From: Hadesarchaea archaeon
Lineage (GTDB): Archaea; Hadarchaeota; Hadarchaeia; Hadarchaeales; Hadarchaeaceae
Direction: 5' to 3'
DNA: 33,943 nucleotides
Assembly (NCBI GenBank): GCA_004375695.1
Contig: SOKQ01000031.1
Coordinates: 1-33,943 of the forward strand
The notes under the pieces are model-generated. The model ran no database searches. It saw only the letters and a list, made by a program, of their open reading frames with translations, and was not told the origin of the DNA. Of this stretch, positions 9,497 through 18,190 are shown piece after piece (positions within the stretch are counted from its first letter, which is position 1; each line of letters opens with the position of its first letter). Made by a program: the position numbers and the translations under genes.

Positions 9497-10567
9497 ATGT
9501 ATAACCCAGTTGGAATCCTTGTGGAACAGTTAAATGAAAGGGAGGGAACCATTGAATTTGTTGTAAGGGAATCAAATTTATTCGATGAAAGAATTCCCTT
9601 AATTAGGATACTTGAGATAGCCAAAGGTCAAACGGTGTTTATTTTAGAAAGAGATCCTGATTTTAACCTTAGGTTTATTCAGAGTAATCCAGATTACAGA
9701 ACAAAAATCGCAAAAATAAACATCCAAGATTTTCGTAATACTTCAAAATTATTCGTTGCTTTCACATGGTCGGAAAAGGAAAACGCTATTTACGTTGGAG
9801 AGTACAGAAAAGGCGAACTTAAAAATGCAAAGTCTCTTGAAGACCCGAACATTAAGTTCCGAGTGGGCAAAGATAGAGCAATTTATCAAGTAGGAGATAA
9901 GGGCATCAAAGTTGGATATTATAGAGTTAAAGTTGGGGGGGAGGTTGTTTTAGAGCCAACAGCAAAAGAGATTTTTGATTTCCAAATGGAGAAAATAAAA
10001 ATATTGATTGAAAATTGCAAAAAAGGGGACTTCCTTTTTGAATCAATCTTAGTCCAACAGATAATCGTCATGCTAACAACAGCTTTTGAAGTGTATGCTC
10101 GGACAAGGTTTATCGAACTTGAGAAAGAAGGTAAGACTGTAAATATGGATGAACTGTACAATCGGTTTGTCTCTAAGAAGTATGTGGAGCAATTTAAAGA
10201 AGAGATAAAGGAGGCCGCAAGCAGACGAGGAAAAACAGAATTAGAGGTTTTTATAGAAAGTAGATATAGTAGACATGTAAACTTTCAGGATTGGGAGTCC
10301 TTTAAAGATGCGTATAACAAAGGGTACAGTTTTAAAATTGGAGAAATTGGTATTCCAAATGACATTTTGCTTCAAGTGCAGAAGTTTATAAAGTGGAGAC
10401 ACAAAATAATCCATTCAAAAAGCGATCAAACGATGATAAACTTTGAAGAGGTTCCCCCATCAGAGCCAATTTTCACAAATAAGGTTTTGGCAGAAAAAGG
10501 CCTAGATATCTTTCAAAAATTTATTAACGAATTTCATGAAAGCACATTAAATTTAATTACACCCTGA
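9497..10567 (+). CDS. AT-rich protein with LamG/ConA-like N-terminal domain and C-terminal HEPN-like domain
   Basis: EGTIEFVV and FVAFTWS....IYVG are LamG-like strands; helix QQIIVMLTTAFEVY and WRHKIIH (Rx4H); GGTGA upstream of ATG. Confidence 0.7.
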   Translation: MYNPVGILVEQLNEREGTIEFVVRESNLFDERIPLIRILEIAKGQTVFILERDPDFNLRFIQSNPDYRTKIAKINIQDFRNTSKLFVAFTWSEKENAIYVGEYRKGELKNAKSLEDPNIKFRVGKDRAIYQVGDKGIKVGYYRVKVGGEVVLEPTAKEIFDFQMEKIKILIENCKKGDFLFESILVQQIIVMLTTAFEVYARTRFIELEKEGKTVNMDELYNRFVSKKYVEQFKEEIKEAASRRGKTELEVFIESRYSRHVNFQDWESFKDAYNKGYSFKIGEIGIPNDILLQVQKFIKWRHKIIHSKSDQTMINFEEVPPSEPIFTNKVLAEKGLDIFQKFINEFHESTLNLITP

Positions 10568-10751
10568 TCTTTTTTAAATGCATATTTTTCAAGTCCGAAA
10601 ATCGAGGAATCGAGGAGTAGTGAAGAATTAAAAAAGAATAAAAAAGTTAAAATTTAACCTTCATTTCCACTGAAAGTTTTTAGGTTAGCTATTTCAAATC
10701 GATGTGAAAGTGTTATCAAACACTAGAACGAATCGTTGGTGAGGCCGAATC

Positions 10752-12026
10752 TTGATCGCTCCAGAGTATGTAGCAACGCTAGACCCATTTGGAGATGAGG
10801 CAAAGAATCTGGTGGAGAAGTCCCCCCCGCTGGATTCGATGCCGCAGGAAATAGTCGATCGAGCCATTGCGCGCGTGAAATGGTCGAGCAGGGAAATGGT
10901 GGTTGAGTCTGATATCGAGGCAGTTCGAGCTGAAGTGCTCTCCTTTTATTTGATGTGTCAGGGCGTGGCCGCGGTTTCCTACCCCTACTCGCGCGAAGCC
11001 CGCCTGATAAGTGATATGACAAAGAATACGATCAAGTATCGCATGTACGACCTCTTCAAGCGCGGGCATGGGGATTTGTGTTTGGAAGTGGTTAAACGTT
11101 CGATTAAACTCGTTGAGCTGGAGGAAGGTGATGTGGTCAAGCTCGGTAGTGTAGAAATTCCTCGGGAGGACCTCTACAAGATACGTGACCGACGCCTTGC
11201 GGAGGACGGCATAGAGACCATAGACGATCGCTTACTCCCGCAGTATTTACCTAAATATGGGGTGCGCTGGACGGATCTGGCTCCCCTACTCAGACATCGA
11301 CGCGCCGAGCTAACGAAGTTCTATCTGGTGAACGGCAGGGCGGTGATCACTCCCCGCGATCTCTGGAACCTTTTTTCAGCCTTCATAGCCGTGCGAACCG
11401 AGGAATACGTGACATCGGTATACGAGCGCTTCTCCGATGTTGGGGCGCCACCCAAGCGGCTTACCGAAGTTGGTGAGAGTATTTCCTCGCTTTTGCCTCC
11501 GGAACTTGAGCTTCGCGAGAGGTTTGCGCGCGTGCCGGGAGGAAAGCTTCGCCCGGAGGCATTCCCACCTTGCGTGAAAATAGCCATGGGCGGGGTCGGC
11601 TCGGGGGTGAGGAACTACGCGATCACCGTTCTGCTGACTTCGTTTCTCTCTTACGCGCGCGTTTCCCCTTCGGGTAGGGTTGCCAATCGGATTGGTGATT
11701 TCATCAAGGACATTTCGGTCGTTCGGGATGAGATTGCAGCTCCAATTTTTGAGGCGGCCGAGCGATGCAAACCTCCGTTTTTCAAGGATCAACCCCAAGA
11801 AAAGGCGAACGTTTACTACCATCTCGGGTTCGGCATGACGGCCGAGCCTCGCCTGGACGGCAGCGGAAAATCGAAGTGGTACCGTTGCCCGAATTGCTCG
11901 AAAATAGCGATGTCGGCCGCGCCGCTCTGCGACCCAGATGAATTTTGTCGTAATCGTAAGATAAAGAACCCACTCACCTATTATTTTAGAAAATTATCCG
12001 AGCAGAGGTCAGGCGCAGGTGGATAA
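10752..12026 (+). CDS. priL: DNA primase large subunit
   Basis: LDPFG N-terminus, FPPCV, G.RNYAITVLLTSFLSYAR, PNC and C..IKNPLTYY motifs. Confidence 0.93.
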   Translation: MIAPEYVATLDPFGDEAKNLVEKSPPLDSMPQEIVDRAIARVKWSSREMVVESDIEAVRAEVLSFYLMCQGVAAVSYPYSREARLISDMTKNTIKYRMYDLFKRGHGDLCLEVVKRSIKLVELEEGDVVKLGSVEIPREDLYKIRDRRLAEDGIETIDDRLLPQYLPKYGVRWTDLAPLLRHRRAELTKFYLVNGRAVITPRDLWNLFSAFIAVRTEEYVTSVYERFSDVGAPPKRLTEVGESISSLLPPELELRERFARVPGGKLRPEAFPPCVKIAMGGVGSGVRNYAITVLLTSFLSYARVSPSGRVANRIGDFIKDISVVRDEIAAPIFEAAERCKPPFFKDQPQEKANVYYHLGFGMTAEPRLDGSGKSKWYRCPNCSKIAMSAAPLCDPDEFCRNRKIKNPLTYYFRKLSEQRSGAGG

Positions 12027-12983
12027 ATGAAAATGCATGAAGCAACCCCAGAGGAGCGAAAGCAATTTTACTCCGAGGAATGGAACAAACGCGAGTTGCC
12101 CGATTTCATCCTTCACACCCTCTCCCTCCGTGAGTTCGGGTTCGATCTGGATGGCACGGGGCCAAGTCACCGGTACAATCAGTTCATGACCGTCGAGAAA
12201 TTGATGGAGTATTTACAGAACAGGGCGCCTTACTCCGTGTTCGCCAGCGTCGCGCTTTACGATCAGCCGTCGATGCGGAAGGGTTGGCTGAAATCCGAGC
12301 TCGCTTTTGATATCGACGCGAAGGATCTCCCTCTGAAAAGTTGTGGTTGTACATCTGGGAAAGTTTGTGAACGATGCATCGATGAGGCCCGTCGAATCGC
12401 GATAGAGTTCGCCGATACCATGCGCACGGATTTAGGGCTGCACAACATCGTTTTTTCATATTCGGGCCGCGGCTTCCACATCCGAGTGACTGACGATACA
12501 ATAATGACACTGGAGCAAACCGAGCGGACCCAAGTTGTCGAGTACGTTACCGGCGGTGTGATCCCCACCGATGTCACGATGGCGCTTGGATATTCTCAAG
12601 TCTTTCGGGAGCGCCTCGCGCGGACCTTTAAGGGATTGGACGAGCAGCGGCTTTCGAAAGCTCGCGGGCTAAGAAAGTCCATAATTCAAAAACTCTTGGC
12701 GGAGAAGGAGCGAGCCTTAGAGGCGATACGCAGGGGAAAATTGAATGAGCTTTCCACGCTCGGGGGGCTTGGCCCAAAGACCTTTCGGCAATTCTTGGAT
12801 TTTTTGGTCAGGCTGAATTCGGAGTGCACCGATGGGAAGGTCACGATCGACACAAAGCGCATTTTGCGTTTACCCTCGAGCCTACACTCCGGAGTGAGTA
12901 TGAAATGCATGCTCGTGCGGGATATGGAGCGTTTCAAGCTGGAAGACGCGCTCCCAAAATTTGTAAGTGAGCGTGAGAGCTGA
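12027..12983 (+). CDS. priS: DNA primase small (catalytic) subunit
   Basis: REFGFD, ELAFDIDAKD, YSGRGFH and D.KVTID.KRILRLPSSLH motifs. Confidence 0.96.
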   Translation: MKMHEATPEERKQFYSEEWNKRELPDFILHTLSLREFGFDLDGTGPSHRYNQFMTVEKLMEYLQNRAPYSVFASVALYDQPSMRKGWLKSELAFDIDAKDLPLKSCGCTSGKVCERCIDEARRIAIEFADTMRTDLGLHNIVFSYSGRGFHIRVTDDTIMTLEQTERTQVVEYVTGGVIPTDVTMALGYSQVFRERLARTFKGLDEQRLSKARGLRKSIIQKLLAEKERALEAIRRGKLNELSTLGGLGPKTFRQFLDFLVRLNSECTDGKVTIDTKRILRLPSSLHSGVSMKCMLVRDMERFKLEDALPKFVSERES

Positions 12984-13534
12984 TGGTTGAATTTTCGTAT
13001 GATGACGTGAAGCAGGTGTGGTTGGCGGAAAAAACTTCGCGCGAGCTCATAGAGATCCCAGAGGAATTCTACCCAAATGTAGCTAAGTACGTGGCGCAGC
13101 TGAATCTCGAGCTCAAGCGCAGCGAACCCTTGCGCGGGGAGCTGCTGCAGGAAGAGCTCCAAAAAGTGTTTCAAATGGTACAGGAGATCTACCTCTCCCG
13201 CACGCTCAAGGCCATCGATGAAGTAGCTCAGGGGAGACTGCCGGACCTCTTGTTGGAGCGCGAGCGCTACGCGTTCAACGAGATACGGCAGAGCATGGAG
13301 AAGCTTTACGCCGAGCTCATCTCCACGACGATCGCTGGAAAGGCGGAACTCGCGGCGCCTCGCGAGATAACAAATGTTTTATTGATCGTGCTGGCCGAGG
13401 TTCCGACCATAGTCGGCGATGACCTCCGGCAATACGGACCATTCAAGAAGGGCGAGATAGCCAGCCTACCGAGACGCAGTGCCGAGCTCATGGTGAAGCA
13501 TGGTCTCGCGAGAAAAATTGAGGTCAAGGTTTAG
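12983..13534 (+). CDS. GINS subunit (Gins51/Gins15 type)
   Basis: Helical A domain followed by B domain (VPTIVGDDLRQYGPFKKGEIASLP); conserved position after priS. Confidence 0.88.
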   Translation: MVEFSYDDVKQVWLAEKTSRELIEIPEEFYPNVAKYVAQLNLELKRSEPLRGELLQEELQKVFQMVQEIYLSRTLKAIDEVAQGRLPDLLLERERYAFNEIRQSMEKLYAELISTTIAGKAELAAPREITNVLLIVLAEVPTIVGDDLRQYGPFKKGEIASLPRRSAELMVKHGLARKIEVKV

Positions 13535-13580
13535 TTGGCGATACCTTTTTTGGGGGAGAGGCTGAAATTTAAGGGATTAC

Positions 13581-13859
13581 ATGAAAGTCCCAAAAAAGCT
13601 TCGCACCTATTGCCCGTCTTGTAGAAAGCACACCGAGCACAGGGTATCCCAGCTAAAGAAGCGTCCCGCTCGCATAATGAGTTGGGGGCAGCGCCAGTTC
13701 GCGCGCGTCACGGCGGGGTACGGTAGCCAGCCTAGATCCGAGCAGAAGAAATTTGCGAAGACAACGAAGAAGGTAGTCCTGATGCTCAAGTGCAGCGTCT
13801 GCGGGAAGTCCCACCCCCGTCGCGGTTTCAGGGCAAAAAGTGTGAAGTTTGAGGAATAG
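13581..13859 (+). CDS. rpl44e: 50S ribosomal protein L44e
   Basis: MKVPK..RTYCPSC..HT.H and GYGSQP..AKTTKK motifs. Confidence 0.97.
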   Translation: MKVPKKLRTYCPSCRKHTEHRVSQLKKRPARIMSWGQRQFARVTAGYGSQPRSEQKKFAKTTKKVVLMLKCSVCGKSHPRRGFRAKSVKFEE

Positions 13860-13867
13860 GTGAGAAA

Positions 13868-14047
13868 ATGCAGGAAAAACAGCGCTCGAAGTTCTTGAGG
13901 GTCAGATGTAATGGTTGCGAGAATGAACAGGTGGTGTACAGTCATGTTAGCTCCGTCGTCAAATGCAAGGTGTGTGGCAAGACGCTCGCGGTGCCGCATG
14001 GGGGAAAGGCGGAAATAAAGACCACGATTCTTGGTGTGGTGGAGTGA
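13868..14047 (+). CDS. rps27e: 30S ribosomal protein S27e (not in ORF track)
   Basis: Own translation MQEKQRSKFLRVRCNGCENEQVVYSHVSSVVKCKVCGKTLAVPHGGKAEIKTTILGVVE. Confidence 0.96.
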   Translation: MQEKQRSKFLRVRCNGCENEQVVYSHVSSVVKCKVCGKTLAVPHGGKAEIKTTILGVVE

Positions 14048-14060
14048 AGGGGGCGTTTAG

Positions 14061-14849
14061 TTGATAAGGCGTAAGTCGGAGTGGCCAACCATTGATGAGT
14101 TCGTCATGTGCACGGTGGCAAAGGTCTTCAATCAAGGCGCATTCATGAAGCTCGATGAGTACGGTGGAGAAGAGGGAATGGTTCACATATCTGAGGTCGC
14201 TTCGGGCTGGATCAAAAACATTCGTGATTACGTTCGGGAGGGGCAAAAAGCGGTGTGCAAGGTTTTGGCTGTGGACCCGAAACGAAAACACATCGATCTC
14301 TCGCTTCGCAGAGTCAAGGAAAGCGAGCGTCGGTGGAAGGTGCAGCAGTTGAAACGGGAGCAGAGGGCTGATAAGCTCCTTGAGCTGGCGGCAGGCAAGC
14401 TTGGAAAAAGTCTCGACGAAGCCTACGAGGAGGTGGGCTTCACGTTGCAGGACAAATTTGGTGATCTTTACTCGGCGCTCGAGTCAGCTGCGAAGGACAA
14501 GGAAGCCCTGATCGATGTGGTCAAAGACCAGCGCTGGGCGGAGGTGCTCAGCGATATCGCAGCTTCAAAGGTCGAACCGCCGTCTTATAATGTCGTTGGT
14601 TACCTTGACTTGACTTGCTATTCCCCCAACGGTGTCGAGGTGATAAAATCAGCCATGATAGATGCCCGCGACTCCACGAAGAGAAATGGGATTGATGTGA
14701 AGTTCTACTATGTGGGTTCGCCAAGATATCGCGTCGAGGTTACTGCCCCATCATACAAAGTAGCTGAGAGCGTGATGCAGAAGGCGGTTGATGGGGCCAT
14801 CGCAGCCGTGAAAAAGGTGGGTGGGAAAGGAGAATTTCACAGAACGTGA
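14061..14849 (+). CDS. eif2a: Translation initiation factor 2 alpha subunit
   Basis: S1 domain LDEYGG.EG.VHISEVASGWIKNIRDY; IDLSLRRV; GSPRYR. Confidence 0.96.
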   Translation: MIRRKSEWPTIDEFVMCTVAKVFNQGAFMKLDEYGGEEGMVHISEVASGWIKNIRDYVREGQKAVCKVLAVDPKRKHIDLSLRRVKESERRWKVQQLKREQRADKLLELAAGKLGKSLDEAYEEVGFTLQDKFGDLYSALESAAKDKEALIDVVKDQRWAEVLSDIAASKVEPPSYNVVGYLDLTCYSPNGVEVIKSAMIDARDSTKRNGIDVKFYYVGSPRYRVEVTAPSYKVAESVMQKAVDGAIAAVKKVGGKGEFHRT

Positions 14850-14854
14850 TAGCG

Positions 14855-15016
14855 ATGAAATTAAAAAAGTGTAAGTCGTGTGGTGCGTATACGCTTAAGG
14901 ATGTGTGTCCGAGTTGTGGGGGGCAGACAATTTCACCCCGCCCACCCAAATTTTCACCACTCGACCCATACGGCAAATACCGGCGCATGCTGAAAAAGCA
15001 GGTTGGGGAAGTGTGA
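14855..15016 (+). CDS. nop10: H/ACA RNP protein Nop10 (not in ORF track)
   Basis: Own translation MKLKKCKSCGAYTLKDVCPSCGGQTISPRPPKFSPLDPYGKYRRMLKKQVGEV. Confidence 0.96.
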   Translation: MKLKKCKSCGAYTLKDVCPSCGGQTISPRPPKFSPLDPYGKYRRMLKKQVGEV

Positions 15017-15018
15017 AA

Positions 15019-15780
15019 ATGAAAAAGACGAACGTCAAAATTCTTTCGAAGCCCAAGCTAAAGGCGCCGACCCTGATCGAGGGCTTGCCAGGTATGGGTT
15101 ACGTCGGAAAATTGGCGGCGGAGCACTTGCTGGAAGAGTTCCATGCCAAAAAATTTGCTGAGCTTTGCTCGCCCTACTTTCCACATCACGTCGTGGTCGA
15201 AGCGAACGGCACGCTAAGGATGCTAAAGAACGAATTTTACTGGGCACGCGCCGATGGCAAAGAGGTTATAATTTTGGTCGGGGATGTACAGCCGATATCC
15301 TCGGAGGGGCACTACGAGGTCGTCAAGAGCATCCTTGATGTTGTCGAGAAGTTTAATGTGAAACAGCTCTTCACCCTCGGCGGGTATGCAACTGGCAAGT
15401 ATTCGAGGGCGAAACCGAGAGTTGTGGGGGCAGGCGACCCCGAGCTTCTGAAGAAGTTCCGCAAGCGTGGCGTCGAGGTGGAAGAGGGCGGTGGACCGAT
15501 AATTGGTGCGGCTGGTCTGATACTGGGGCTCGGAAAGCTGCGTGGGATGCGTGGGGTATGCTTGCTTGGTGAAACCCACGGGATAATGGTTGATCACCGC
15601 GCTGCGCAGGCGGTACTCGAGGTACTCGTTGGCGTGTTGGGTATAAAGGTAGATATGAGTGCCCTCGAACGTCGTGGGAGGGAAACGGAGCGTACGCTCG
15701 ATAGGATAAGAAAAGAGATGAATCTTCGTACGAACAAGGAGCGGCGGCGCGACGAGGAAGAGGCTTGGTATATAGGATAG
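15019..15780 (+). CDS. PAC2 family proteasome assembly chaperone
   Basis: LIEGLPGMGYVGKLA, FTLGGY and CLLGET motifs; ends YIG; start set to ATG 15019. Confidence 0.92.
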   Translation: MKKTNVKILSKPKLKAPTLIEGLPGMGYVGKLAAEHLLEEFHAKKFAELCSPYFPHHVVVEANGTLRMLKNEFYWARADGKEVIILVGDVQPISSEGHYEVVKSILDVVEKFNVKQLFTLGGYATGKYSRAKPRVVGAGDPELLKKFRKRGVEVEEGGGPIIGAAGLILGLGKLRGMRGVCLLGETHGIMVDHRAAQAVLEVLVGVLGIKVDMSALERRGRETERTLDRIRKEMNLRTNKERRRDEEEAWYIG

Positions 15781-15969
15781 AATTGTTTTTCTAGATAACA
15801 ATATGCACGAAGTGGCGACGATTTTTAAAAACCCAATCTATTGCAATAGTTGCTGGAGCCAGCGTAACCTCTTGAACGTCTGGCCGGTGGATGAACCTTG
15901 GGCGTGAGGGTGAGCAGAATCCTCTTAAGCTTTTAAAACGTTGAACCGCAACATCGAGTAGGTATCCGC

Positions 15970-17214
15970 TTGCCTGAATTCCAAACCTATCCTGCCGACC
16001 TACATATACATTCCAAATACTCGGGTGCAACTTCCACGAGGATGGTTCTGGACACCATCGCGCAGCAGGCCAAACTCAAGGGACTGGCGTTCGTAGGCAC
16101 GGGAGATGTTTTTCATCCTAGGTGGTTTGAGAACATAAAGACGGAGCTCGAGGAGATCGAGGAGGGTACCTTCGAGCATCCCCGCTACCACATCAAGTTC
16201 GTTCTGACCGTGGAGGTCGAGGACAAGCACCGCGTCCACCATCTAATTCTCCTGCCTTGCCTTTCCACGGTCGAAAGTGTGCGTGAGGAGTTCGCGAAGC
16301 GTTCAAATGACATAGATGCAGATGGACGTGCAAGAGTTGAGTTAGATGCCCCGGGAATCGTTGACATAGCGCTGGCGCATGACTGTTTGGTCGGCCCCAG
16401 CCACGCCTTCACACCATGGACGAGCATGTACAAAGAGTTTGATAGCATGCGGGCCTGCTATGGTGACCGGGTGAACGACGTGAAATTCTTGGAGCTCGGG
16501 CTGAGTGCGGACACCTCCATGGCGGATCAGATTGCGGAGCTTGGGGATGTTACCTTCTTGGCAAACAGCGATGCCCATTCCCCTTGGCCCGATAAATTAG
16601 GTCGCGAGTTTAACCGTTTCGAGCTGGTGGAACCGACTTATGCCGAGATCATCAAAGCGATCAAGCGGGAAAATGGACGGCATATCGTGCTGAACGTCGG
16701 TTTCGACCCCCGCTTGGGTAAATATCACATGACCGCCTGTTCGCGTTGTTACAAGCAGTTCACGTTTGAGCAAGCGAAGGCATCGCGATGGCGCTGCGAT
16801 AAATGCGGCGGGTGGGTCAAGAAGGGGGTCTGGGATCGTGTCAATGAGCTTGCTGATTACCCAGAGCCAAGACATCCGCCTCACCGCCCCAACTACTTAC
16901 GAATAGCTCCCCTCGCCGAAGTTATTGCATTGGCGCTGGGAGAAAAAAATGCCCACGCGCCGGAGGTTCAATCAATGTGGGAGAAGCTCGTCGCACGTTT
17001 CGGTAACGAGATTGAAGTGCTCATAGACGTGCCTCCGGAGGAGCTCGCGAATGCAGCTGGGACAAAAGTTGCGGCGGTGATCAAGGCATTTAGGGCGGGC
17101 GAGTTGAAGGTGGTTCCGGGGGGAGGGGGACGATATGGTCATCTTGAAATCCCTCTCGAGCTTGCCACGACCCTACCGCCGAAAGCTCAACGCACGCTGG
17201 CGGATTTTGGGTAA
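15970..17214 (+). CDS. endoQ: Endonuclease Q (PHP domain plus Zn finger, TIGR00375-like)
   Basis: DLHIHSKYS, GTGD, ELGLSAD, NSDAHS and GKYH.TAC..C motifs; C-terminal PIP-like QRTLADF. Confidence 0.9.
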   Translation: MPEFQTYPADLHIHSKYSGATSTRMVLDTIAQQAKLKGLAFVGTGDVFHPRWFENIKTELEEIEEGTFEHPRYHIKFVLTVEVEDKHRVHHLILLPCLSTVESVREEFAKRSNDIDADGRARVELDAPGIVDIALAHDCLVGPSHAFTPWTSMYKEFDSMRACYGDRVNDVKFLELGLSADTSMADQIAELGDVTFLANSDAHSPWPDKLGREFNRFELVEPTYAEIIKAIKRENGRHIVLNVGFDPRLGKYHMTACSRCYKQFTFEQAKASRWRCDKCGGWVKKGVWDRVNELADYPEPRHPPHRPNYLRIAPLAEVIALALGEKNAHAPEVQSMWEKLVARFGNEIEVLIDVPPEELANAAGTKVAAVIKAFRAGELKVVPGGGGRYGHLEIPLELATTLPPKAQRTLADFG

Positions 17215-17234
17215 GATGCATTCTTGTTAATGGG

Positions 17235-17933
17235 TTATTGGGTTCTGGAATTCTCCCAAAGGAGCTCAAGAAACTCTTTAAAGTGCTTAGCTATCGCGGG
17301 GTTCTCTACCCACCCACAAGCGGAGTAGTTAGGTAAGCCGATGATGGCTTCTTTTTCATCCACGAGTACATCAACTGCGAGGATAGGTTTACGCAATCTA
17401 ACCTCGATGTTTTTCAAAGATACCTCAGACTCGGTTGTAAGTCTTACTTTGACCCCCTTTCCGATTAATGAATTAAAGATTTGGTTTAGGTAACTTGCTA
17501 ATTCTTCGTAATGTGGAAGAAATATAATGACTCCTTTCTCCGCTCTCGACAGCACTTCTTGAATTTTTTTGATAACTCCCGCCCTACCGACCGTTGTGTA
17601 AATTATTTCCGGCTTTTCGGCCTTTTCCATCGAACTTTTATAGATTTTCTCAAGTTCTGCAAAAACGCGTTCAACCGTGGCAATAGACTCTTTTTGAATC
17701 AATTTTGGTGATCGTGCACGATAGCGTCTCGGCCTTCCTCGGGCGACTTCGACCCACCCTTTTTTAACGAGCGCTTCTAGGGCATCGTAAGTACTGGGGT
17801 AAGGTATCCCAGCGAGACCTGCGATCTCGCGTGGAACAGCTGATTTAGTTGATGTTAATGCGACGTAGGTTTTGGCTTCATATTCCGTCAAACCAAGCCT
17901 ACGCAAAACTCTGAGTTTTTCCTCGTCTATCAA
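17235..17933 (-). CDS. TrmB family transcriptional regulator
   Basis: LRRLGLTEYEAKTYVAL...YDALEALVKKGWV wHTH plus PLD-like effector domain; start set to TTG 17933 after GGGGTG. Confidence 0.9.
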   Translation of the reverse strand: MIDEEKLRVLRRLGLTEYEAKTYVALTSTKSAVPREIAGLAGIPYPSTYDALEALVKKGWVEVARGRPRRYRARSPKLIQKESIATVERVFAELEKIYKSSMEKAEKPEIIYTTVGRAGVIKKIQEVLSRAEKGVIIFLPHYEELASYLNQIFNSLIGKGVKVRLTTESEVSLKNIEVRLRKPILAVDVLVDEKEAIIGLPNYSACGWVENPAIAKHFKEFLELLWENSRTQ

Positions 17934-17964
17934 GAGCACCCCACTGATATAACGAAGCAAAAGC

Positions 17965-17989
17965 TTATAAATAGTAGTGATAGCTACTA
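17965..17989. promoter_or_regulatory. Divergent promoter with TATA (TTATAAA) and TAGTAG-N6-CTACTA operator
   Basis: Perfect 6-bp inverted repeat at 17972-17989, directly beside the TATA box, between trmB and the ferredoxin gene. Confidence 0.6.
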
Positions 17990-18016
17990 ATTTTAGAGGG
18001 AATGTGGGGATGAAAA

Positions 18017-18190
18017 ATGAATGTAGACTCAAAGCTCTGTATAGGGTGCGGTGCGTGCGCGAGCGTTTGTCCTGTAAACGCAATCGAAGTGGCGGATACT
18101 TACGTTCGAGCTGATAAAAACTGCACTAACTGCGGGATCTGCACAAAATCATGTCCCGTGGGGGCGGTAACTGTTGAGAGAAAATTATGA
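18017..18190 (+). CDS. 2x[4Fe-4S] ferredoxin (not in ORF track)
   Basis: Own translation MNVDSKLCIGCGACASVCPVNAIEVADTYVRADKNCTNCGICTKSCPVGAVTVERKL; two CxxCxxCxxxCP motifs; overlaps the reductase start. Confidence 0.92.
   Translation: MNVDSKLCIGCGACASVCPVNAIEVADTYVRADKNCTNCGICTKSCPVGAVTVERKL

Noticed and set aside
10568-10750. Replication origin upstream of priL
   Set aside because: There is only one ORB-like motif, no G-string and no adjacent cdc6; kept only as a low-interest regulatory observation.
15781-15969. Possible C/D-box or H/ACA sRNA in the PAC2-endoQ gap
   Set aside because: A TATA-like tract and GGATGA/GTGA words are present, but there is no canonical CTGA D box or convincing hairpin-ACA.
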